Source of the DNA: Octopus vulgaris
Lineage: Eukaryota
Assembly: GCA_951406725.2 (NCBI GenBank)
Contig: OX597825.1
Location: forward strand, 43,400,001 to 43,464,000
DNA: 64,000 nt
Reading direction: 5' to 3'
Below are positions 1 to 14,082 of the stretch, in pieces (positions within the stretch are counted from its first letter, which is position 1; every line of letters begins with the position of its first letter). The position numbers were made by a program, and so were the translations under genes. A model generated the notes under the pieces. It was given only the letters and a program-made list of their open reading frames with translations, was not told the DNA's origin and ran no database searches.

Positions 1-1980
1 TATCTGTATTAGTTTTCTTTGCTTCTAAAGTAGGTGATTCTGTAGTCCTATAGGGTTTATTTTGTAATAGTTTTCTAGCTGAATAAGGCATCTACCACCA
101 TCGATATATTGTATATATAACCTTTCTGTGTCAGATTTTGGATGGTGAATCCTAAAATATATTTTTCTAAACCAAACGTCATGTTTATTTCTTTGGTAAA
201 TCTATGCACTCACTGTAGTAATGTTTCCAGCTGTTTATAATTTGTAGCATACAGTTTTATATCATTCATATATAAGAGTTGACTGAGTGTTTTGCCGTAA
301 CAGTTTTATCCACATCTAGTTCCGTTTAGAATGTCAGATAAATGTGTCAGTGCGAAGCAGAAAAGGAGTGGAGAGAGAGCTTGTCTTCATGAAATATTAT
401 TATCATTATTATTATCATTATTATTATTATTAAAAATCTTTTACACCCAAATTTATGTTGTAGTTATATTATCTTGACGAATTCATATGTGTCTACTCAA
501 GTCTCATAAAGGTTACTTAGGAGTCTTGCAGAAATCAGGGCAACATTTGGGGTCTAAAGATATCCTTTTGTGATATCTTACTACCATCAGATATAATATT
601 TCGATTTCAAAACTGCGCATATATTCACCCCAAACCACTTAACAGTATACTAGCTAAATATACTTACTGCTTAAGAGAACACAGGCTTCTTTCAAATTCT
701 ATGCAGAATTTGAGCTTTTTCATTTATATGTGTTTGTGCGCGTGTGTGTGTGTGTGTTTTAACAAGCTGAGACAGTTATGCATTTGTTATATCATTTTTA
801 GAGGAATCAACACAATTATAGAAAGTACCAGGGAGAGGGAGCGTTCGTGAAATATTTCATTTTGCGTTTTCACACTTCCTAATGATTTAATTCTGCTCTT
901 TAGGTCTGTTCTCAGGATCTCATCGTTTTTGTTTTCCTAACCACTCTTAATCTTCTTATTAACTTCCGGATCTCCTCAGGCACTAAAACATCATTGCTCT
1001 GGGACATCATTGAGTGATTTCTTGCAGTCTATCTGACATAAGTTTGTTTATCTTATTTGTACTTCACTGAACACATTGCTAGTGATACAGACTAGATAAG
1101 CATTTCTCTTTGTTGTCTTTCTGCACCTTTTCTTTTTATTTTGAACATATATTTTGGAAATATACAAATAATCATCTGTAAGGACAGTTAATAATTTCTG
1201 TAGCAATGCTAAGCCTATAATAAATCTATGAGTACCGACATTCTCTCATATTTTTTGTGCTTTTATATTCCTATTCCTACAATCCTTCGTTATGTCATCG
1301 ATGTTGGTATTCCGTTTTCTATAAAGATAAATAAGAAGTGGTTGCATATTATTGTACATGTTTGTGACAATTTAAACCAGTCTCTGAAGAACATTGGGTT
1401 TAAAAGCTTTCCGCTTCGGTACTTTTTTAATTATCACTTGCAGCTTCTCTTCTGTAACTTTTATATTTACTTCTTTTGATCTGTTTCACTTTTAGATTCC
1501 TGTAACTAAACCGCCTTACCCTTTTGTCAGCTACTGATCCAAATATCGGACCAAAATCGATTCTCCTTATATAAATTGTCTTTGATGGTAAAGTGTCCTT
1601 TCATTCTCTCTAAGGAAACTGCTTTGTTGAAACTGATTTATTCTTTGATGGTGCCCAGTTGTTTTTTATTGCTTTAATATTTTTGCCTCATCCCATCTGT
1701 AGCTATCAGTAATCCTCTGTGTCTGATGTTATACTTTCTTGTAGCTCGTCCCTAAGTCATTCATTTTTCGTCTTGTTTTGAATTATAGCATTTATTATTT
1801 GAACATGTCTAAAGAGAATTCAACGTGATTCTCAAGTCTCCATTTATAACATGAGACTTTCCTCATTTTTCTGCTTGATATATTGCACGTCAAGAATCTC
1901 CACAGCAACAAAAGCTTCGTAATGTGTAATGCCATTTACATCTATTGTATTTTTAGTTCTGTATTTCGTTGTTTATCCAG
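1..1980 (-). mobile_element. Decayed Dong/R4-like (RLE) non-LTR retrotransposon, RT region
   Basis: Minus strand ~215-290 reads LSQLLYMNDIKLYATNYKQLETLLQ (HLLYMDDIKLYA motif). An LSPLLF-like motif lies at ~360-385. Many stops and frameshifts; upstream extent uncertain. Confidence 0.65.
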
Positions 1981-2053
1981 TCTATTTATCGCTTCACACA
2001 ATTCATTACTTTCGATTTTTTAATAATAATCATAATAATAATAATAATAATAA

Positions 2054-2608
2054 ATGCCCTGATGCAATACCAGGCAGTGGCTCTCATGGCTTCTGATCTT
2101 AACTGATTGGAAGTGTTATCATGTACATTGTTTTGTCTTGGTATAAAAGATGGGCTACAGCAAATATTCTGCTCAATACCACAGATTTGCTTGTCAGTTG
2201 TTTGACCTTAACCAGTTGAGCATGTCCCTTAGTGGCTGACGATATGTGCATCTCTGATCATAAGCAGAAGTAGTGGGGGAGCATCATAGCCCTGTGTTGA
2301 AAGGAATTCATAGAGGTTTGGATAATTCACCTTTGGAAACATGGGTGTTTCGTTCAACATCCTTAAACAACCCTTATTCAGGGACCTTTCGAGTGGGATG
2401 GGTTACTCAACCTAAAGAAAATTCTAACTGGGCCCCACCTGCAAGGTCATGTGATGTTTATCTCGATATGAGATCACCATGTCGCGCACATATGGTTGTG
2501 ATGCATGTGCCTAGTGTACCCTTATCAGACGGGTAGTCATGATGGGCATACTGGGCTTCGTATATTTTACCCCAGTGTCACTTTGATAGCATGCACTGCT
2601 CTCTCACT
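2054..2608. repeat. Unclassified ~555 bp interspersed element inside a (TAA)n tract
   Basis: Sharp, more GC-rich block flanked on both sides by (AAT)n; no convincing ORF. Confidence 0.5.
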
Positions 2609-2950
<342 letters not shown>

Positions 2951-2951
2951 A

Positions 2952-3154
2952 TTCCTATCTACTATAGATACAAGGCATGAAATTTTGGGGAAGGGGATAA
3001 GTCGATTACATCGACTCTAGTGTTCAACTGGTAAATTTTTTATCGACCCTGAAAGGATGAAAGGCAAAGTCGGCCCCGGCGACATTTGAACTTAGAACGT
3101 AAGAACGGACGAAATGCCGCTAAGAATTTTGCCCGGTGTGCTAACTATTCTGCC
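2952..3154 (-). mobile_element. tRNA-derived SINE, family C
   Basis: Reverse-complement homolog of 9853-10085, including the TTTGCCTTTCATCCTTTC(G/A)GGGTCGATAAA core. Confidence 0.8.
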
Positions 3155-3169
3155 TATAACATAATCAGT

Positions 3170-3510
3170 TCCATCTACACACAACTGAAGTGGGATTGAG
3201 TAAAGAACGGGACACTGAAAAATAAGACTGGGAGTATCATACAGCAGCGCAAGGCCATGCTTTGGTCACAAATAAAAGGGCTATCCTTCGGAATGGGCAC
3301 GTGTCTCCTTTCTGTCGCGTCTGTAACAGTGGACGAAACCATTGCCCATATCGTGAACGAATGTCTTAAACTTGTCGAAAACCATTGCAATTTGTGGCGA
3401 CACGATGAGGTAGCGTACTACATTGGAAACTGTGTGTAAAGTGGAGTCTAGAAGAGGCAAGATGTGGTATGAGCACAAACTGCAGAGAGTGGCGGAGTCG
3501 GAGATTATAT
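3170..3510 (+). mobile_element. Dong/R4-like C-terminal fragment (CCHC knuckle and start of RLE)
   Basis: CRVC, a frameshift, then ETIAHIVNECLKL..RHDEVAYYI, matching the ETxxHIxxxC/RHD signature of RLE-bearing LINEs. Confidence 0.75.
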
Positions 3511-4830
3511 GCTAGTGGTGGTGGACATGGTGTACTGTGTCGGTTAGACGAGCTCATTTCTTGCTGTTGCTAATATTGCAACACGCTTACATGCTACAGA
3601 ATGGTGACTGATTCATTAACACTTTATTTGTTCTACAACGTGTTGTATCCAATGTAAAAGACTGATGTCGCTGATGCTGAATCTCGAGAAACCGATGCCA
3701 AAATCCTGTCTTTTCTACCACGTAGTTATTATAACAAGAAAATTATTTATACTACTATGATAGCAAAAGCAACTACATGCAGTGAACTCCCTAATGCCGT
3801 TATATATTTCTTTTAGGTAATCTCCACCCTGACTTCGAACATTTGATGAGTTGGATGCGTCTTACACTTGCAAAATTTTAAGTGATAACGGTTACAGTTA
3901 GACTGTTACTAAATACATGTAACACAAATCAAATGTGTTGAACGCTACTTTCTTTGCTTGTTCAATTATATATGTAAATATATGTATATGTGAGTATGTA
4001 TGTACGTACGTATATATGTATGTATACAAATATGTTTGATTATTTGGAACAAATGAGATTATTCTTCAATGCACGGTGAAAAGAAGACGGTTTATTGAAA
4101 CGGAATTCTATTTTGCGACTCGAGACTCATGCCTGTACGATCTCTTGTTGATGTTTTGGTGGTATGTTTATATTTATTGATGAAGGCGTGGTCTCATGAA
4201 GGTCTTTTTTTTATACGTTGGTGTTTTGAGGTTGCTTTTGGGCGTTTTTTTTTCTGTCAATTCATTTACATTTGGCCTCAATATATAGTACTTGTGTTAG
4301 TAGGTGAGTGAGCGTTATGAATTTCTTCATTTGTTCCATATTTATCTGTTAAAAAGGCTCTCCATTTTTCACGTTATTCCATGATTCTAATCTAGTTTGT
4401 TTTGATATATTGCTTTTATCGTATTGCAGTAGTAAGTGTTGTTTCGGTCAGCATTAGAGGACATTTAAACTGTAAAATTAATTAGGACTTCATAGGTGCA
4501 TCTGCTTTCCATACGTTTGTTGATGTTGTAGTTCACTGCTTATGACTAAAATGGCTGACAAACTTTATTTCATCCAGTGGACAAAAAGATAATGAATTGT
4601 TATTTGATTCTGCATGCGCTCGATTGTGTCAGCATCTGGTTGTCAGTTACTTGGTGATGGTTCTGTACGTCATGGTTAAATGGTTACCATTAAACTGTTT
4701 CGAATTTTATACTAGTGCATGTAACCGAAATAAATTTAATTTTGGTTAGTGATCAAAAACTATTCTACATACATGATTTTGAAATATCACTTTACTTGGG
4801 TATATTTGATTACATGCATGTGCACGCATG

Positions 4831-4855
4831 TATATATATATATATATATATACGC

Positions 4856-4896
<41 letters not shown>

Positions 4897-4946
4897 ATAT
4901 ACAATATATATACCATATACAAATATATACATATATATATACACAA

Positions 4947-5014
<68 letters not shown>
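4831..5014. repeat. (TA)n/(GA)n compound microsatellite
   Basis: Directly visible. Confidence 0.95.
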
Positions 5015-5017
<3 letters not shown>

Positions 5018-5140
5018 CGTACACATACATACATAACAAACATGCGAACAGTGCCTCTGTCTTTCATTCGTGTATTCACCTGTACAAGTACTCCAGATCC
5101 TGTTGAGTTCCATCCACAAACCTCTGATAAATAGTTTGCG

Positions 5141-6450
5141 ATGGAAAGACAACGGCTGCCGTACTCGTTCAAAAAAAAAATTCGGATACCACCGAGAAAA
5201 CTTGACTTGACGAAAATCACGTAGAAGACAGAAAGTGTCATGAAGTGTATCCGCTCGAAAATCTTCTTTTTCGATAATCATCCACTACTACACCCGAAAA
5301 CAAGTTCAGCTTTAAATCCAGAAAGTGCCCTCCCTACATAAAGGTTCTTGAGATTTTAGAAGCTTATATATGGAATATCATGAAGAAGGTACATTTTAGG
5401 CATCATCCTAACCTATTCCTCAAATTTTTATATGACTAAATGGCACAAATTAAGTCACTCTTCTAATGTACATATCCTCGCAAACAAAACAACGAAAATT
5501 TATGTAACAAGCATTTCCACACACACAAGACGTAAGGCCAAAATTAGCACCACCTAAATGACATATACAGAAGTGAAGGAGATAACCATCCTTTTTAATA
5601 GATGATTGTGTATACTACCCCGCCGTATTCAACTTAAGATCACAAACCCAGTTCCCTCGTCGACTCTAACTGCAGGTTGATCAACCCCTCTAAAAGCGAG
5701 ATAGACATTTTCAGTAAGCACATTTTTGATGATAAACCCAGATATAATAAGGGCTATAGTTCTGATTTAATGGGTTTCCAGCGCAGTTGCGATAGACCGG
5801 TACCGCAGTATCGTGAATAAATCAGCTTGCAGAATCGCACGGTATGACATCATAGACTCCAAAATCATACTCTTCGATGCCGAAACCTCTTCTTTTAAAG
5901 GCCCTGGATTTCGCAAAGCGATTGCCTAGTATAAGTGACCTCAATATCAAAATTATGATGAATGCCAGAAAGTTAATCTTGGTTCACGACGATCCTTCTG
6001 GGTGAAGAAAGAAGGCGATCCAATGTTCGACATTTCCATGGGGAGATATGTCGGGGCTGCGATTGTCGACTTCGTCGAGTTCTTTGTCTTGAATACTCTC
6101 AAGAAACACACACACCCACAAAAGTCAGCTCTTTAATTGGACGGTGGCCTGGCAACCTCAACCCACATGAACATTCTCGCTATGGAAATGCTTCGGAAGA
6201 ACCTAATAAAATATTTTTAAACTTCAGAAACTGTATGTATCCATAAAAGCTCGAATCCCTACCACCACCACCACGCTGTAATTAGAAACTTAGTTAAAGG
6301 CGTTTAGCAGGTGACTATGAAAACTTTTAGCTAATGAGATACTTTTATTAGAGACTCACCGCACTTGACCAAATTGCTTGTCCTTCAGAAAATAGACAAC
6401 GATACTGAAATAACGATAAAACATTTTTCTGGAATTGAGCTTAAAATAAA
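5141..6450 (+). mobile_element. Decayed Penelope-like element, Naiad-type, N-terminus and RT
   Basis: [28 protein letters not shown]; KDHKP..CRLINPSKSEIDIFSKHIFD (~5635-5730); FDISMGRYVGAAIVDFV (~6025); LDGGLA (decayed YRDDGL). Confidence 0.75.
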
Positions 6451-6689
6451 CGTGTATAAGACGGATGGAAAAAAACCTATTGACAGATTGTTGTGTAGAG
6501 CGGTAAAAACAATCGCTTAAAACGACCAAAGAAGGCGATAGTTTGTAATCAAAGTCGATTATTTTTTATGTAGGAAAGTGCACGATAAAAATGGAAATAC
6601 ATGGTAAAGTCCAAAATAAAGTATCCATATGGAACTGTCTAGCTGCTCATAACATACCAAGAAACACGTCTGCAAAAACCTAGGAATTC

Positions 6690-7023
6690 TGTCTTGCGAT
6701 TTAATGCATGTTTATATTGCAAAAGGATAAAATCTTCGCGTTCGAACATAATTGACATCTCATTGAGTAAGATCGGAGCTTGTATGAAGTAGCCTTCTCC
6801 AATATGGACCAATAAATTTTGAATGGGAAAATCCTGCTTCGTTTGACTGCCATATACTTTTGGCCAGATTCGTTTTCCGGATATTTGAAATAATTCCTAT
6901 GCAAACTGTTGTAACCTCCATATCCGATGTTGTGATACCACCACGATATAGTGACGGATGGTTTTGATACAATGTATTAGTGTAGTAACAGTAAACATGA
7001 TAAAGATGCATCCGTATTAACAA
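6690..7023 (-). mobile_element. Naiad-type PLE GIY-YIG C-terminal fragment
   Basis: TNLAKSIW; WSILEKATSY..CQLC. Continues the fragment at 7985-8570. Confidence 0.65.
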
Positions 7024-7215
7024 TGTAACGATCCAACAATCTCTTCACGAACCAACAATCAATATTCCAAACGAACTAATAAACCTACATCTTCCGACTT
7101 CACTGCGAACTGAACTCGGACTAATTCACACAAACTTCACTCCAACCGCTACTATTTATAATCGCGCGGTCCAGTCTATTTCTTCCAAGGGGGCGTCGTG
7201 ACTCTCATCACAACA
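7024..7215 (-). mobile_element. Gypsy 3' LTR (~192 bp)
   Basis: On the minus strand it follows the polypurine tract AAAAGGGGAGA, starts TGTTG, ends TTACA and contains TATAAATAG. Confidence 0.7.
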
Positions 7216-7980
7216 TCTCCCCTTTTCGACTACCGTAGGAAAGGGAATAAGTCCTCAGAACATATTTTATTTTTTTTTATTTAGAAAATTTAATACCTTT
7301 TTCGTTTGGAAATTATTTCTAGGTGTACAGTATGTTCACTTTTTATGCTGCTGCTTCTACGAGGCTCGGTCTCTTTCGGTGCTGGCACCTCAGACATGCC
7401 ATATCAGACTTGCATGGGAATTTCCTTCCGTCTTTCGGTATGTCTCGTCTTTAATTGGTTATGGTGGCTCTAATGTTCCAACGTTGCCTTTCAGTTACAT
7501 ACATGATTCCTAATCTTTTAGATACAAAACCAACCGCCCAGCCCTCTTGATAATTTTTGAAAATTTCAAAATGAACTTTATCTCCTTCTTCGAAATGTTT
7601 TGTTGCCTTTTCTGTATTTCCTTTAAATATATGTTTTCGTGGCAATAATTTATCGAAGATCGGTTTTATTTTTCGTGCGAACATTAACTCTGCCGGAGAC
7701 TTTTCTGAACTGGTATCCTGATTAGGTGTTACTCTATATACCTTCAGGAATTTCGTTAGCGTTTCCGCATTTCCTACGTCATTCTTTACATTTTTAATGC
7801 CGGCTTGAAAGTAGTGACGAAGTTTTCTACCTGTCCGTTTGAACTTGGGTGGTAGGGCGGAGTAAAAATATTTTGCAGAATTTTTTGAATTCACTTCCCT
7901 TAAATTGTGCTCCATTATCTTATACCAACGTGTCTGGAACACCGTGTCGGGAAAATAATTCATGCAGGAACTTTATTGTT
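7216..7980 (-). mobile_element. Gypsy/Ty3 integrase fragment with PPT
   Basis: TIKFLHELFSRHGVPDTLV*DNGAQF; PPYHPSSNGQVENFV; YRVTPN..SPAELMFARK. Confidence 0.85.
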
Positions 7981-7984
7981 GTCT

Positions 7985-8570
7985 TTACTGGACCTTCCAC
8001 CTATATACAATATCTTTAATTAAGAAATTTCCACTTAAAGGTCAGCTAACCGCATCTTTACAATTACATTTAGAATCAGGTTCTTCCGCAGCACCGTTAG
8101 TTTTGTGAATTTAAGAACGGTTGTACTATGTTGGTTTATAAAAGAAGCTAAAATTTTGCAAAAAGAATAGCTAACCTTTAGCGTTCTTTATTTGAAAATT
8201 CTATAATATTTATGACTCACTAGAAAGTGTCTAGAAACTAGATTTAACAATTCTCTACCTACATTGGTTCTAACAGTAATGCTAAATATTGAGTTGTACC
8301 ACATATCCTTTCTAGTTCTAGTTCTACGGGTTGTACTATGGTTAGTTCCGTTATCAATATATTGGATCTTCTTTGAGAGCCCACTTTTTCGAAAAGCATC
8401 ATTATAATACGATAAGGCATCACGAAAGGCTTCCTCGTCCGATGACAACGATGAAATGTGCTTTCCTATATTACTTGCCATATTTCTAAGGATAGCGGGT
8501 GGGTGATTAGACACTTTATCAGTGTAGAATGGCCTTTCATTAGGCTTACAAATGAGTTTAAAACTATGTG
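7985..8570 (-). mobile_element. Naiad-type PLE thumb, linker and CNC zinc finger
   Basis: KPNERPFYTDKVSNHPPAIL..ISSLSSDE..RKDMWYN..TNVGRELL..HF; CNCKDAVS*PLSGNFL..IVY. Confidence 0.8.
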
Positions 8571-9781
8571 ATCCTACACATATATGGAAACATGTACATG
8601 CTTATATACTATCGTATATTTACAGAACGATGTACCAAAGGGAATAAGTCCTCAGAACATATTCTAGGCATGCCAGATTAGCTTCTCAAGGCTTTTCGCA
8701 AGTCTTTTACGTATATTTTGGTTTATCTCTTTTTAACAATCGATGTTTCTGCAAATTTTAGACGGTATCTTCTTCATGAAAGAGGATTTTAAAGATTTTT
8801 CCAATTTGATAATCTATTGTAATGTCCTTGTGCATTAGAGACGAATCTGTTTCGTTTGGAATAAGTTCTAAATATTAATTCTCCTTGGTAAAAACAGTAC
8901 CAGATACCACTCTCAGATATGTGGTATATGAGGCTTTCAGTTTCAACCCTAAGAGATGAATATCGGTCAGGTTTTATCAGACATGATGATAAAGCAATAT
9001 GATATAGTAATATAGTCATGTCAACTTAACATCTCCAAATTTGAAGCCCTTGCAGTTATACATTCGTATCTAGCATTTCTGGCATTGCCATATGTGACAT
9101 GAACCTGTAACATTACAGTGCCAAGGATTGGTCAGGGAAACCACCCTGGATGTCATGGGAAACATGGACGGAACAGTACGAGGTTCTGCCGGGCAGCCTT
9201 GCCCGTTACTTCATCGAAGCCATCATTGGGAGTGCAATCGACTGTATTGGCCAGTTTCTTTGATGCATCTAGTGGAAAATGTGAGCCATTTTATCCAGGA
9301 ATAAGTTACATTTTCTCTTTTGAATTTTTGAATTTTCTCTTTTGCTTTGCGACAAAATACTGAGCCAAGCCCACATATGAAAATAAATAAAGTATATATA
9401 TGCGTATTGAGACCTATACATGTTTGTCTATCTATGTGTGTTTGTGAATGTATACCTTCATGATTATATTTGTATCCATTAAAGTCAGTATTGTAATATG
9501 TTGTGCGATTTTATATCCCGTTCTCGGAACACCACATCGAAATATGTCTTTGCAATATGACTAACCGAGCCGCTGTATTCAACATCACTATAGTTAAATT
9601 ATTGAAATTAGTACAAGAGTAAATGGTATTGTCTAAACTCCCACTGCTTACTTACACACGTAAATAAATATATCCATACAAAACAAATTTTCCCCATATA
9701 CACAAGGCGTATATGCTTTGGCATGTGCACATCTCTTTATGCATACGTAATAATTTTCTATCTTAATTAATTTCATTCAGG

Positions 9782-9820
<39 letters not shown>

Positions 9821-9852
9821 CACACACACACACACATATATATATATATTTA

Positions 9853-10080
9853 AAGGCGGCGAGCTGGCAGACACGTTAGCACACCGGGCGAAATGCGTAG
9901 CCGTATTTCGTCTGCCGTTACGTTCTGAGTTCAAATTCCGCCGATGTCGACTTTGCCTTTCATCCTTTCGGGGTCGATAAATTAAGTACCAGTTTCGCAC
10001 TGGGGTCGATGTAATCGACTTAATCCCTTTGTCTGTCCTTGTTTGTCCCCTCTATGTTTAGCCCCTTGTGGGTAGTAAAG

Positions 10081-10085
<5 letters not shown>
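9853..10085 (+). mobile_element. tRNA-derived SINE, family C, full length in (TA)n
   Basis: Head GGCGGCGAGCTGGCAG with B-box-like GAGTTCAAATTCC; conserved core shared with the 2952 and 39826 copies. Confidence 0.85.
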
Positions 10086-10145
<60 letters not shown>

Positions 10146-12420
10146 CATGTATGTATTTATAATGTAGTTATGTATATACATGTATAAGAACAGCAAAAAT
10201 ATATTAATTCATCCAGTAATTTTTCTATAAAGTACATAAATAGCCAACATTTTAGAGCAAATTTTGTATTTGAAATGATCGTTTCCTTTGATTTGGAACG
10301 TTATAACTTAATTTTTAACTTATTATAATTGTATTTCCTTTTCCTCGTTGATAGTCAAAGATTAATCAAATTTTCTCATTTTCATTTCGCAAAGGTCTCC
10401 CTCGTTTAAGGTATGTTTTCTGTTTATAACGTCAATTAAATTTTTTTAATATTTTATTTATTGTAATTGGTTCGTTGTCATTTTTACATATTTGATATAC
10501 TTTGTTTACACAGTCGTAAGTCATTTATTTCATAATCTAATATAAATTTCGAGAAAATCGATTGAGAAATTGGTTAGTTCTTTTGGTTGCTGCCTGGTAA
10601 AAATATCAGAACGATGGTAGGAATTGCAGAAGACGAAGGTAATCAGTAAAATAGTAATAAATGCACTAACCGAAACAAGACTTTCAGTCTCTAATACCTT
10701 TTCAAAAGAATTAAAACACTGGTATATATCTTAAAGTAATGGCCACTCATAGACAAAACGCTGCAACAAATATAACGCAATAGCTTTTTCTCTAAATGTA
10801 AACAAAGCAACTAGACTGGTTGTTGAACGATGTGAGCGGATATGTTAATGGATATCAGGTTATGTTCTGATTTGCAACCATGATTGGGTTTCGAATTACG
10901 TTTGGACTACTACCATTTTAGTTTTTTGCATATGGCATGAGTGATACTATCTGCCATTTTCCACAACTTCAATTATAATAAATTTTTCTATAGTTTTAAA
11001 AACTATTATGTTTATCTAAATTTCTATTTTATTATCAACAGATTCTTTTATTCTTTTGCTTGCTTCAGCACCTTGAAGAATTTTTAGTCGAACAAATCGA
11101 CCCTGGCACAATTTTATAAATCGGGTAACATCCTATTAGTCGACCCACCAAATTTCTCTTAGTAGGCTTTCCCCGACCAACATCTGTAGTAGAAAGTATT
11201 TGCTTTAGTAGAAAATATTGGGCAAAACTATATATGTGAGATCTGTCAAGCAAGAATCAATGATCCACTTATCAGAACAATAATTCCAAGCGCAAAATTA
11301 TCTTAGTATTGAAAACATTATAAATGCTTTTCGTTTTCCTATCTGAAACATATCATTCGGGAATTCTAGTCAAAGAATTTGTCGTTTGATCGTTGACTAT
11401 GTTAAATATCAGATTCGTTGTATAACTCTTTATTCGTCATTAGAAAGTCTGATTCTCTTGTATGAGTATAATAAACTACAGCCTACTCATTTGTACATTT
11501 GTGCATAGCCACGAGATTATAAGAACCTATCTCATATGGCCATATCTACGGGAAAATAGGCAGGTAACACTATAATCTAAGGAAATAAAAGAGCAGTAGA
11601 TATGGAAATATCAGTAGATATGGAAATATCAGTAGATATATGAGCAATTGCAATATCAGTAGCTCATGTCTTAAAAGCAGTACTGAGCTATATAGCATAG
11701 TCCTTCAAAATCAAGGTAGGCACACATCTTTCGATACAAGATATTTATTTTTAGTAGCGAAAACTTTGGCGACTATTTAATCAGCATAAATTTGATTAGT
11801 TTGATATCATTTGTTGGACCTATTTTCACAGATGACTATAGTTGATTTCATCAGCCCAAACATTTTATCAACAATCCCGGGGATATGGCAAGCAAACAAG
11901 ATCCCCTAAAGATCTGAACTAATAACTTAACTGAACAAAATGAAACACTGTCATGAATTTATTTAGCTGCTATATAACATCTGGAAATTATGCTAGATTA
12001 GGAAGTAGGAAGAAAGAGTATCAGTATCAGTGTAAATGTCTCATAGTATTTAGGTTAAGCTATGTGCTCAATTCCCCGGGGCTGTCATATTATCCATAAA
12101 TAAGTACCAGTAATTCTGGTATTGATTCAATCACTTTTTCCTTTACTTTGAAAGTTGGCCATGAGCCTACAGAAAAGTAATTAGATATTATATTGGCTTC
12201 TCTTTCAGGTTTGCAATATGAGATACTTATTAGAGAACATGAAATATCTGAGATAAATGATATTTTCAACAACATTTGTGAACTGGAATAAACTTGTGGA
12301 AACAAGTTTATCTCTTGTTCTGCAACTGTCAACAATATGTATATGTCGTATCATAATAGGCACCGTAATAGGAATATTGTTGCAACCTGGTTTCAATTTG
12401 AAGCTTTTCATGCTTCAGAA

Positions 12421-12461
<41 letters not shown>

Positions 12462-12475
12462 TACATACATGCATA

Positions 12476-12550
<75 letters not shown>

Positions 12551-12551
<1 letters not shown>

Positions 12552-12772
12552 GTACTTGTTTCAGTCATTTTGACTGCGGCCATGCTGGAGCACCGCCTTT
12601 TAGAGTGGTGAAAGAGTACAGCAGGGATCACCACCTCCTGCCGGAGCCTCGTGGAGCTTTTAGGTGTTTTTTTCGCTCAATAAACACACACAACGCCCGG
12701 TCTGGGAATCGAAACCGCGATCCTCCGACCGCAAGTCCGCTGCCCTAACCACTAGGCCATTGCGCCTCCACA
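12551..12772 (-). mobile_element. Chimeric SINE: family A tRNA head with family B 3' tail
   Basis: 12602-12772 matches 56441-56606. 12551-12600 (GTTTCAGTCATTTTGACTGCGGCCATGCTGGAGCACCGCC) matches the family B tail at 33691-33728. Confidence 0.75.
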
Positions 12773-12786
12773 TATATATATATATA

Positions 12787-14082
12787 TTGTTGTTGGCATC
12801 CTTTTTGTCTCGGGAGACAATGGAGTTGCGCATAAAATAGTCCAGACCGGCTTTTACATTTCATGTCCTGATACATTTCTTGCTGTGGCTGTGTAGTCCT
12901 ATCCTGGACAAACACTCCCTCTGGCAGGTACCGTAAATGTAGCGAAGACTGTTCCTGGCTGGTTGTAGTGTCATAGTTTCTTGTTGACGTCTTTTCTTGT
13001 CTTTCCATTTCTCCTCTCTCTCTCTCTCTCTCTCTGTCACTCCTTTGTATTCCCTCTTTTACGGTACGTCGCCAATCTCCACGGTTGCTTGCAATTGCTT
13101 CCCAAATGCTAATATTGATGTTGCAGGCCTTCATGTCCCTTTTGCAAACATCCTTGTAACGTAAGAACGGTCTACCCACAGACCTAGTACCCCTAGCAAG
13201 CTCTCCGTAGAGTATGTCCTTGGGGATTCTGTCATCTTTCATACGGCTAACATGCCCAAGCCATCTCATATGTCTTTGTGTGAGGAGTGCAAACATGCTT
13301 GGTATTCCTGCTTGCTTGAGGGTATCTTTGTTGGGGATATGATTCTGCTATTTGATGCGGAGGATTTTCCGGAGGCAGCGCAGGTGAAAGATGTTTAGGC
13401 GACGCTCTTGGCGTGTGTATAGCGTCCAAGTCTCACTTCCATACAGTAGAGTGCTAAGTAAACATGCCTGGTAGATCTTCCTTATCGTGGTCTTGGTCAG
13501 CTTATTGTTGTCCCATGCCCGTTTGGAGAGTTGGGCCATCGCAGCAGCTGCCTTGCCAATGCGTATATTGAGCTCAGCGTCAAGGGATAGGTTGTAGGTG
13601 ACGGTAGAGCCAAGATAGGTAAACTTCTCCACCTCCTGTAATCTGTGGTCTCCAATATGTATGTTTGGGATATCCGATGTAGCCTGACCCATTATGCTGG
13701 TCTTCTTAAGGCTGATAGCTAAGCCAAAGTCGTTACATGTTTGCTCAAAACAGTTAATGAGCCTTTGGAGGGCTTCTTCTGTGTGTGATACCAGAGCGGC
13801 ATCATCAGCAAATAGCATCTCCTTGATCAGGACGTTTCTGATTTTGGTCTTGACGCGCAGGCGCGAGAGATTGAACAGTTTCCCGTCACTTCTACTGTGC
13901 AGAAACACTCCATCATCTAATGTCTGAAAGGCATGTGAGAGCAAGAGCGAGAAGAAAATGCCAAATAACGTAGGAGCGAGGACACAACCTTGCTTTACCC
14001 CGTTTTTTATTTGGAAGGCGGCTGATGTTGAACCATTGTGGTGTATGGTGCCTTGCATATCATCATGGAAAGACTTGGCCAC
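12787..14082 (-). mobile_element. 5'-truncated RTE-clade LINE (RT and 3' end)
   Basis: GVKQGCVLAPTLF, MLFADDAAL, FTYLGS, LLYGSETW, RWLGHVSRM..RIPKDILYGEL. 3' end CCATTGTCTCCCGAGACA..GATGCCAACAACA. Confidence 0.92.

Noticed and set aside
10620-10695. CAGAAGA...GAAAC...GTC as a hammerhead
   Set aside because: Core mismatch and no convincing stems I or III.
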